Assembly: GCA_001643675.2 (NCBI GenBank) | Contig: LSRY02000052.1 | Span: forward strand, 558,001 to 622,000 | From: Monocercomonoides exilis PA203 | Taxonomy: Eukaryota; Protista; Preaxostyla | Length of the DNA stretch: 64,000 bases | Direction: 5' to 3' | Shown here: piece by piece, positions 24,852-35,199 of the stretch | How the letters are laid out: each line of letters starts with the position of its first letter | Position numbering within the stretch: position 1 is the stretch's first letter | Program-made: the position numbers and the translations under genes | The notes under the pieces: generated by a model | What the model saw: the letters and a program-made list of their open reading frames with translations, nothing else | Told to the model about the DNA's origin: nothing | Database searches by the model: none

Positions 24852-26712
24852 TCAATCTGTCAGAAACTCATGAGCTGTGATACATTTGCCAGAAATGGAC
24901 CAACGTTTTGTGCTTCTTGCAGGCTTCACTTCGGGAGAAAGAGAATCAAGAGTTTGATCCACAACATGCGCAGTTGATGATGAAGTAACGCCAGCCTCTA
25001 AAAAGCCATGTCTTATTGTTTTCGGTGCCAAAGCGTAATAAACACAATCTGCGATTGCTCTGACGAATGGCATGAATTCTTTTTTCATTTTTTTTAATTG
25101 AAGGCTCACTTTTCACTTTTTTGAGTCGGCTTTTTAGTACTGCGTTTGGTCCGAGGTCCAAGGGTTGCAAAATGTGCGACGCATGCGCGGGAATAACAAC
25201 CACATCCACATTTTCAGATGCAAATTGCTAAAAAAGTTGAAGGTTCTGTCTTGACGAATGAACGTCAAAGATGATATGAGCAGGTGGAATGGGTTCGGTC
25301 TCCTCATCGCAGTTTGTCTTGACATTTTTATTTTTTAGGACTCTTTTTGTTTAAGCCTTTTTGTTTCAGTTTCTTCTTTCAACAACCAATTGATTTCATC
25401 GCAATTATCTTCACTTTTCAATAAGCAAGTGGAACAAGAAGCGTCTTCCTCAAAAAAAGAAACAAAATCTTCACAAGAATTATAAATTTGTCCATCGAAA
25501 TCCATTTGTTGTTCAGCAGAAGGCCAAGTGTGTTGAATATGAGAGTGAAAGTTGTCTGAAGTAACTTGTTGAAATTGAAGCGATTCTCTTTGAACAGAAA
25601 TCTCACTTTTTGCGGCTGCGAATTCACCAATATAGTAATATGATCTCCGTCATTAGAAGAGATGCCAGTTGTTTTCACTGTTTCTGAGATGTGTGAATTA
25701 TAAAAAAATTCGCAATCATTTGAGTTTTTATTCACATGTGAAGTGATTTGCGATAATTCTGAAATTGCATTTTCTTCATTTTGTATCTCTTCATGGCTTT
25801 GTATTTTCCTTCTTGACTGAAATGATTGTCTGCTCTCTGTTATTCCATTTTTTGATTTTCTTTTTCATTCTTTCTTTAAAATATCGTTTTATTCGAATCA
25901 CGTTTTATCGTTGCTTTCGAATATTTGGCAGCACATTTTTCATCAAAATTTCTTCGAATAAGTTTTTTGTCATGCATCCTTTGTTTGACGTACGCAATAT
26001 GAAATTTTCCTCACTCCACTGTTCTTTTATTTCTTTTTCAAATTTGTTGGGAAAGAGAAGATGTGTAGGTAGATGGCATCCATCTGCCCTAACAATAAAA
26101 AGAAGAGTCAAATGATGAAGCGGAGGAATTTTCAAAGAAGGAACGAATTTACATTTGCTCGAGACAACCCTTTTATTTTCTCTTTTGTCAGAAGATTGGT
26201 AAATTGTTTCATCCAATTGAAAGATCAATGAAGGATGATATTTTTTCTGTTTCATCAAGTTACGCAAGCTCGACAAAAAAGACAAAACATTACTTTTCAA
26301 TGAGGCTCTTATGCGTGCATGATCAAGCTTTATTGGATGGATTGTTCTAAGTTGTTTATGTCTGGAAAGAAAACCATATACCCAACGCATGCTAGGCATC
26401 TCAATATAAACAGCAGATTTTTCAGAACGTTGTTTTCTAATTCTCCAAGCCTTAGTTCATATAAACTTACTGGAAAAAACAAAGAAATCAAACTATTCTT
26501 GGGATGTCTTTCAATGTTGGTTGAGTCAAAACATCAACCCAATTTAAAAGTATTTCTTCTAGTCTATCTTCTTCCTGTGACAAATATCTTGGCCTTCCGT
26601 TTTTCCCAGCAATTTCTCCTTTTGAAATCATTCGAAGTGCCCTTTGTTGACAATAATAGCTATTTCGTTCAGATTAATTGATGTTTATTTTTTCTTTTTT
26701 CATATCATCCAT
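24852..26712 (-). pseudogene. Degenerate pogo-type transposase (HTH CENP-B + DD35D)
   Basis: PSMRWVYGFLSRH (HTH), IFQLDET (D1), IIFDVHSSR (D2 ~25266), IPAHASHILQPLDLG (D3 ~25158); several stops and frameshifts. Confidence 0.85.
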
Positions 26713-27484
26713 TAAAGAAAGTTGAAAAATGTTCTAAAATATTGTTTTTCGATGAAAATTATTTAAAGATATGTGATAAAACAACCATAACAGAATTTCA
26801 AAATAGTAAAATAAATGATTTGAAAATCCATATTCAATTGTTAATAACTTTTGATGGAAATATCAATTACAAAGAAATTTTCCTTTCATTTGAACTGAAT
26901 TGTGCGGGTTTGTGCAAATGTGCGGGTTTATGCGCACATCATATATATTTTTTTAAACTGACGGATGATTGATTAAATGATTTGTCAGACCAGACAGGCT
27001 TAGTTCACAAAAGCCATTTTTCTTCATAATTAGTGTTTGAAATAAAATTGTTCTGTTCAAAACAAATTTGAATTGAATCTTTTAATGTGATTCATTTTTA
27101 CCAGTATGATCATGAAGCCATAATTGGGATATTATTTCATCTTGACCCTTTTTCTTTATTCTGACCCAAAAATGAAGTGTGAAAAGTTCAAAAAAACAAC
27201 ATAATTAGAAGAATACAAAATCAGAACTAATTCCTCTGATAACTTTCCTTTTTCCTTCACCTCTATTGAATGCATAATCTTTCTTTTCATCATCAGAATC
27301 ATCGTTTTTTACAAGTCGAAATTTTCTTTTTATTTTTTTTTTTATCATCCACAACAGTCTTCACTTCATCTTTCTCCTTTTCATCCATTTCATTTTTCCT
27401 TTCAATATTCATTTTCAAATGATTTTCCCATTTCTCTAAAAGATTTTCGTCGGTTATCACTTTTCCATAAAAGTTGAATCTATT

Positions 27485-28739
27485 TCATCGGGATAGAAGA
27501 GGGTAAATCGAAGATTCGGGCAGTTTCAAAAGAACTGGCCCAGAAGAATTGTGCAGAACACCACTGCAGACAAAAGCTTTCTGAATTACAGAAGGAGATA
27601 ATGCAGTGTGGATGGCTTGAGGCAGAGCGTCGGAAATTGCTGCTCGTTTGGAGGAAGATGAAGAAGAAGATGGAGCTTCAAATCTGTTTGTCAGTTCAGA
27701 TTTGGACACAGCAAACACTCCTCTGTGCAGTGGTTGACAGAGGTGTGTGCTGTGTGGAAAGAAGGTTAAAACGTCGACTTGTTGTTTTTGGAATTCTCGC
27801 CAGATTGATGGATCTGCGCGAGAAACATGAGAATCAAGAAGGAGAAGAATGTGTTTATTTTCAAGTGACATGCGCTTTCGTCTTTCGATAATCGAAGGTA
27901 GAAGAATCGTAAGAGCATACCTTTTAAAGCACTCGTTGTCCATCCAGCCGCTTCCATTTGCCCAGATCTCAAGCGTTGGAGATAACAGGCTTTTCAGCTC
28001 TTCTGGAAGCTTCACACTTGGCCACAAAATGACAGAAGGAAAGGCATATCCGTCCGCTGCAACAGCTGCCACGAATGTGGAATTAATCATTCTTGGCGGT
28101 TCTTTGGTGAAACCTGCTTTCGTATCTGTAGTATGCACAACAAGCTGTTTTGAGTCTGTGGGAACGCGCGTTGAAGATTCGTCGATGTTTGCAATTAAAG
28201 CTGGACTGAAACGGTATTTTTCATGCAGCTCGTCGTATGTTTTATACCAGGGTTTAAAAACGCTTCTGCACAAAACAGCCAGTCTGTTGATGTCCAAATT
28301 TTTCTGCGTTCCAGTCTTCAGCTCCGGGTGATGCTTGACAAGGCCATATGCCGTAGACATTGAAACTTCTGTAAATGGTGCGTCTTCATCATCGTTGTCT
28401 TTTTAACGTTTTCCTTCTGAAAAACAAATGATTTTAACATATAAATAAAAATATAACAAACCAATTCACTTGTTTTTTTAAAAGTCAACATATTCAAGAC
28501 TTTGCTTCAATGTGAATAATATTTAAAACTCTTTGTTCCTTTTCTCCGACAACTGTTGCAGGTCTGCCAACTTTTCCAACCAGCCTTCCTTTTCTCAGCG
28601 CTCTAACTGTCTTCTTTATTCCTGTACGGCTGAATTCCTTGGAATTAATAGTATCCATTATGCTAACAACTCCATCGACAACGATGTGAGCCATTCGATC
28701 CAGCCGACTGTGATAATTCCTGTACTTGCGTGAAGACAT
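27485..28739 (-). pseudogene. Inactivated DDE_1 transposase, identical to copy A
   Basis: Identical 81-aa and 291-aa translations including D-to-H change and premature stop. Confidence 0.88.
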
Positions 28740-29021
28740 TGCTTTCTGTAATTTTTTCTGACCTTTTTATTTTGTTTCTGTAGATATTTTCATTTTTTTT
28801 ATAATATTTTTAAGATCATAATAATTTTTTATTTTTTTAATTGAAATTATATGAAAAAAAATCGAAAAATAACATTTTTAACAAACTGAAGGTTTTATGC
28901 CACATGTAACCCTCCAATTCTACACAGAAGTTCAATGAAGGAGCCTAACCCCCCATCTTCCCCCCATGCGAAATTGTGTTTGTTTCAAAATGTATTTATT
29001 TTTATCTATTGAATTCACATA

Positions 29022-29282
29022 TATGGGTGATTATTTTTGAAATCATATTTTTTCGTTCAAAAATTTCGGTTCAAAAATTACACTTGAATATATGGAAATA
29101 ATGACAAAAATGTGAAAAGGCTTATTATTAACATTTTAATCTTTGATTCCGAAAAACCATTTGTTTTAAAAACATTTATCATGCTTTTTCACTTTTGAAT
29201 TAAAATTTTCTTTTATTTATCTGACAATCTCAAAAAACAGACACCCCGAAAAAAGATATGATTTCAAAAATAATCACCCATG
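29022..29282. mobile_element. MITE nested in copy B (mirror of 19212-19472)
   Basis: Same TIRs and TA flanks in reverse orientation. Confidence 0.8.
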
Positions 29283-30016
29283 TACTTAAAATTCTTTTCA
29301 AATATGAAATTGTGGGAAAAGATACTGATTAAACAAAAAAAAAAGGTCTTGATAAAAAACAAAATGTCAAGATAAAACTATGATCCTATTTGCAAAAAAT
29401 ATTTAGAACAAAACTGTGATATTTTTTCAAATGCAAAAATTCAGCACAATATTCACAAATTAAAATAATGAATAAAATTAAAATAACGAAAATGACTATT
29501 TATTTAAAAGAAACATAAACAAATCAGGAAAAAAGTGCAATTATTTCCAAGGAATGAATTATATTTGTTTTGAAAAATAAAGTGACAGTTTGAGAACAGA
29601 TGATGATTCTTTAATTTCAATATTTCCTTTTTGTGAAAGCATGAAAAATTCCATTGAATATATGTTTCTCATTTTTGAAGATATTGAAAATCATATATTC
29701 CATTATAAATGAAAATATTAAAGAAGATACATTTTTTTGTAATCATTTTGGAAGTTTTCAAAGAAAAAATCCGGAACCAATAAGTTATTTTTTAACCTGT
29801 AATTCTTGCAAAATTAGATAAAAATAAATAGATAAAAATTTTCAAGAAATATTATTCAAATCGAAAGTAAAATATTCAAAAAATTTTCGCTATTTAAAAA
29901 ACTAAGACAAAATGCAGTTTCTTCAATGGCCTCATCATTGAAATTAATTTGATTGAAACAAATGTGAACTATTTCCAATGGAATTTTTAAAAAAGGAAAT
30001 AAACACATATTGATGT

Positions 30017-31801
30017 TCAAGTCAATGTATCGCTCAACTCATCTCCAATTCCATCAACCCATTTCATCACTTCGTCTGCCTCAGCCATCAACTCATCGTC
30101 CGATTCACTAAAGCTTTTCCTTGTTTTTACATTCCTGAATTGATTTCCAACCATTGATGATGAATTTTTGGTTAGAAGCTCTTCAAGCTTTATCGAAGAT
30201 GAATCGTCCTCTGAAACTGGAGGTGTAATAGTTTGAGAGTCCATATCATCAGAAAAACCAACATCTGCGTCTTTTCCAATGTCAGCTGTATTAACAGATG
30301 GAGAGAATGTGCCATTAAGTTGTTTGGAGTTAATGGGATGAGGAGAGATAGCATTTTTTCGAGATTCAGGAGTAAAGCGACTGAGCTGTTTGACCTGCTC
30401 AAGGGTAGTAATTGAAGTGTGCAGAACTTCTTCTTCAATCTGTTCCCTCATCTCTTGCATGAACTCAATGCGTGATGCTATTTTTTTCCTTTTCCTGCGC
30501 CCGACATTGCTGTTTTCAAACCCTTCCAATTCTTCATCGTTAAGTTCTTGATCCCTTTCTCTATTTAGACGTGCAGCCTTCTCTGCATCTTTGTGAAATG
30601 TGTGTGCTTTTATCCGTTTCGCAGCATCTTTGCATTCTTCGCGTGTGAAACCCCATGTGATTCGCTGTGCTGCTGCATTGTGGTTCCCATCGTGTATTTG
30701 TGCAAGTGCCGTGAAAAGTGCCTCAGCACTTCTTTTCGAAGGAGAAATAATCCGTTCTTTTGATGAATGTGGCGATCTGGAAAGAGACGGATTGAGCTTC
30801 TCCTCAGAGCTGTGGTGTGGATTCTTTGACGTTGAGTGGAAAATGGGAATACTAAGCGTATGCTTTTGCGGAGGGATATATTTATACTCATTAGGATCAA
30901 ACATATCCTTACTGTGTAAATGAAATAATAATTATAAAAAAAAATATTGCTTGAATTATGATATTTGAAGTGATATAAAAATAACCTTTTGTCATTAACA
31001 CTTTGAAATTTACTTATTTTTTGTTTCCGATTTGAAACAATACCTGGTAAAGAAGGCACAATTTTAATTGAACGAGCATCACCCCTTTATAAAATAAAAC
31101 AAAAACAAATCACTTGTTTGATAATAAAAAACAAAATTTAAATACATTCCCAAAGTACGGGAGTATGATGCTTTCACTTTTACATCGCCAGTTTCTGAAA
31201 TATCTCCCAAAACAACTGGATCAACATCAGGCTCGCACAAATAAGAAGGTGAAGCACCAATTAAAGTTATAGGTTCAGGGACGCTGACTAACCTCCATTG
31301 ATTACTTCGCCCACCAACAAATGCTGGCTGAGAATCACAAGGAATTGAATGAGCTTGTTGTTTTGAATCTGCTGAATTTGATTCCCACAACACTTGACTA
31401 AACTGTCCTAATCCCATCATTTTACTAGATTCTTCAATAAACTTCTCACTTTTTTCAGTTGTAGTTCGACCATCAATCAAGTAAGAACGAGGAGTTTCAA
31501 CAAAAACTTTAAAATATATAAATGGAGGAAATACAGTTCCTCCAAAACGAAAACGAACTCTTGCCTCCATAGAACTATCAGATAAAAGCATTGCATCCTT
31601 TGGAGATAATAGTCTGAGTATATCATTCGTTGAAGCTTCTTCAATCCTTCGAATAGAATCTTTAAGTCTTGTGAAGATTTCTCTCGAATATTGATTGCGA
31701 AACCATCGTTGAATGGTAGTAGCAGCCTTTACCTGTTTCTGAAAAGATATCACTTCGTCGTCACGATCTTCCACCATGGAAAACGAAGTTTCTTGATTCA
31801 T
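30017..31801 (-). CDS. CXorf58/C11orf65(MFI)-family IQ-motif protein, multi-exon
   Basis: KAATTIQRWFR...LLSPKDAMLLSD...VRFRFGGTVFPPFIYFKVF; KMMGLGQF; DSQPAFVGGRSNQWR; C-terminal EADEVMKWVDGI. Confidence 0.75.
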
Positions 31802-32007
31802 TTATTTCATAATTAAAACAGATGTGGTACATTTGATCAAAGCTGTTCTGAATAAAACATTGAAAATACGCATTTGTTTCAAAAGAAGATTATTTGTCAT
31901 TTCGCTTGATTCTTCTTTGTAAAAAAATTAATTGTGAAAATTGGAAATGACTTCAAGAACATTATTATTGAAACATTAATTTCTTTTCTTTACGAAGAGA
32001 TAATTAT

Positions 32008-32831
32008 TTATTCCTTCTTTGCTTCTTTTCTTGCACGGCGAGCTGCTCTTTGAACAGATATACCTTTTTCGGTCATGATCATTTCAATGTGGCATGGTGT
32101 TTTATTGAATCCTGTTAAACACAAAGCACAAAAAAAAAATAAAAAAGAAAAAGAAAAAAAATTTTTTTTTGTTTAAAAAAACATTTTTCAATTTCAAAAA
32201 ATGAGACAACATACTATTAATTCTACCATGAGCACGATACATTCTTCGGCTATGGATACGAGCCTTGTTAACTTTGATGTGAGCAATTGCACAGTTTCTA
32301 ACATTGAGATTGTTTTTCTGAAAAAAATTCAATTCATAAATATTAATTGACAATTTACAAAAAATAGTGCGAAAAACATTAACGGATGCAATACCTTTGC
32401 ATTGCTTTCACAGTTACGAATAAGTTCAAGGAAAACTCGGCTTGCTTTAACAGGGAAGCCGCTCTGCGACCATTTCCATGCTTTTCCCTGTGGATTATGT
32501 CCAATGCCGTATTTATAGCGACGGAATGGAACGGCTTCTTTGTGTTGAATAACGTGGCAAAGAAATTGCTTTGCTCTTTTCAATTTCATGTGACGGAGAA
32601 CTCCTGCAATTTCTCGTGCTTGCTGTTATCAGAAAAAAGTTTGATATAAATGTTAACAAAGAATAATAAAAAAATTAACCTTGAAATGAATGGTTACATC
32701 ATTTCCTTTTGCTTTTGCAACTGTGATTAAAAATCACATTAAAAATAAAAAATTTCTCGCAAAATTAAAAGAGTTCGAGAATTTTAACCTTTTTCTTTAA
32801 CGTTACGGTAATTTACGACGTGAGCCCTCAT
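32008..32831 (-). CDS. RPL17: 60S ribosomal protein L17 (uL22), multi-exon
   Basis: AKAKGNDVTIHFK, HKEAVPFRRYKYGIGH, FPVKASRVFLELIRNCESNAK, RRMYRAHGRIN, PCHIEMIMTEK. Confidence 0.95.
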
Positions 32832-32921
32832 GAACGAAAAGAGTTTATCTGCTGTTCTGAGTAGTTAAGGAATATTCAGATCAAAATACCAAAAATTTTC
32901 AATCAAATAATTGTATTAAAA

Positions 32922-33773
32922 ATGGAAAAACTTGAGCCTGACGTTGAAAAAATTACTTCAGATATTCTTTTACAATCAGGCCAATTTGATCCAGATTGCG
33001 TCACACATATTTCTTTCTGCAATCGAGGAATCTCTTCAATATCATTTTTGACTCTTTTTGGTAGTCTCGTGCATCTAGATTTGTTTGAAACAATAAATTT
33101 TGATATCTCAATATTTAATAATAAAAAAAAAATAGATCTTGCAATCAAATTACTTCACTTTCTTCGCTTGTTGTTGTTCCATGTTTGAAGACTCTAATAT
33201 TGGATTCTAATCAAATTAGGAAATTAGGCATGTGTTATTGCTTTATTTGAATTCCCTTTTATTCGCCTTTTTTTCCCCCCAGATGGTATCGAATCATGTA
33301 CACAACTTGAACGCCTTTCGTTATGTGGAAATCAAATATCCACATTTTCTGATATTTCAATGATCGATTCTTTAACTAACCTAACGCATATTTCTTTTTC
33401 AGATGAAAAAAGAAGTTTATCATGTCCAATTTGTGCGCTAACAGATTTTGAAAATTTATTAATATCGATGCTTCGAAAACTTGTTTCTATTGATGGGAAG
33501 CGAATCGCTTTCCGCCAGCTTCCAACAGCTGAAAGTGTTATAGCTTCAATTGATACTCGAAAAGAACAGCCGATTAAGTCTCAATCATGGATTCGTCCTG
33601 GAGGTTTATTTTCATAAAGATTTTTTTCAAACTAAACAGAAAATTTCTTCCAAGCATTTTCATTTAGAACAGATCAATTTATGAATCCTTCCACATTTTT
33701 AGTAGATTCAATTCAAAGAGCAATGTCTCAAATAAAAAGTTCTGCAATTGATAAAAAGGATGAAGGAAGATGA
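32922..33773 (+). CDS. SDS22-like LRR protein, LRRC61-like
   Basis: Spliced LVHLDLSCNQITSL, LKTLILDSNQIRKLDGI, LERLSLCGNQI, LRRcap CPICA...LVSIDGKRI; N-terminal SGQFD. Confidence 0.75.
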
Positions 33774-33895
33774 AAACATTTCGATTACTGCAATCAACAT
33801 TGCAATTCATTTGCTGGGAAAAAAAAATCTTAAACTTAATGGAAGATGAAATGTCTTAGAAGAAGAAGATTGAGATGAAATGTACATTTTCAATT

Positions 33896-34452
33896 TCATT
33901 TCTTTGCGAATGTGACCACCATTTTGTGCTGTTCAGAAAGAGGATATCCTTGAAGCGCCTCCAACGCTTTTGTCGCATCTGCTTCTGATTCAAATTCAAC
34001 AAATCCAATGTCTCGTCTCGCGTCAGTCAATCTGACTTCCTTAAATCCAAGGAAGGAAGCAAATAACTTCTGCATGTCTTCTTCTGTCCTTGTTGGAGGA
34101 AGATTCTGAATGAACAGAATAGAATTTGGCGCCCCAACACTTGCGGGCATTGGAACAATTCCGGATGGTGTAGCTGATCCAAACAACTTAGATTGCCCAG
34201 ATATCGAAGAGGATATATTTTCTTGCTTTTTCTTTGCTCTTGCTTCTTCTTGCCCCTCTTTTTCTGCTTTTCTCTCCTTTCTACGATCCCTCATTACTAA
34301 GAAAAAAATATAAATATAATCTTTTGTTTATTTTTTAAAGTGAATAAAAATCAACAAACTTTTAAGTCTGGATAGTTCTTTGAAAGGTGCAATATCAATT
34401 CCTTGACTCTTTAACGTTGCATATGAAGGTCCTTTTGAAAAATTCAGTCTCT

Positions 34453-34506
<54 letters not shown>

Positions 34507-35024
34507 GCACAAAATGACTCATCTTAAAAAACAAAAGAAAGTAATAAAAAACACAAACTACAGGCTTTCCAAAAAGAAGAGCTCCTTGCATTTCTTGGAT
34601 GGCTTTTGTTGAATGAGAGACATCAGTAAACACAATGAAAGCTTGACCTCTTCGCTTGAGGCTTGTCATGCAAATAATATCAGCAATTTCTCCAAATCTT
34701 GAAAAAAGAGCACGCAATTGTTCCTTCATTTCTGTAAGAATAAATAATTTTTTTCGAAGTGTAATAAAATAATGAAATAAGCAGACTATCAGGTTGTATC
34801 TTTTCATTCAAATTATTCGCATAAACAGTTTTTGAAGCTATTATTGAGTTTTTCAGAATACGACAAAAGAATTACAAAATAAATGTATTGAAAAAATTTA
34901 ACATACGCTCTAAAAGAGGCGGCGCAATAATTGGTGCAGTCATTATTGGAGCTTGAGGCATAATCATAGGCATGGGTTGCATGCCAAACGGCATAAACGG
35001 CATTTTCATTGGAATTGTTTGCAT
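33896..35024 (-). CDS. U1A/U2B''/SNF-family spliceosomal two-RRM protein
   Basis: TVYANNLNEKI...LRALFSRFGEIADIICMTSLKRRGQAFIVF; second RRM PNSILFIQNLP...GFKEVRL...IGFVEF...TFAKK. Confidence 0.92.
34454..34504. repeat. (TAA)17 intronic microsatellite
   Basis: Perfect trinucleotide run next to the 3' splice site of an intron of the U1A-like gene. Confidence 0.95.
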
Positions 35025-35199
35025 TTCACAATTATTTTGATCCACATGAAACTTAATAAAAAAAAACAAATGATTTTTTGATTCTTCGCTGAAATTATTG
35101 TATTGTTTTATATTTTTCAAGAATATTTGACAGATTTATATTTATCGACATGAAAAGTTCAGCCCACATTTTTTATTTTTTCTTTTTCATTGTGTTTCC

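Larger units (their letters stand above)
22187..26941 (-). mobile_element. Second-family pogo-like DNA transposon between copies A and B
   Basis: Imperfect ~55-bp TIRs TGATGTG..AACCCGCACATTTGCATAAACCCGCACA (22187) / TGTGCGGGTTTGTGCAAATGTGCGGGTTTATGCGCACATCA|TA (to 26941); degenerate transposase inside. Confidence 0.8.
27126..29386 (-). mobile_element. pogo-like DNA transposon, copy B (inverted near-identical copy of A)
   Basis: Position sums with A are 48494/48495 throughout; outer end ...CTATGATCC|TA. Confidence 0.88.
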
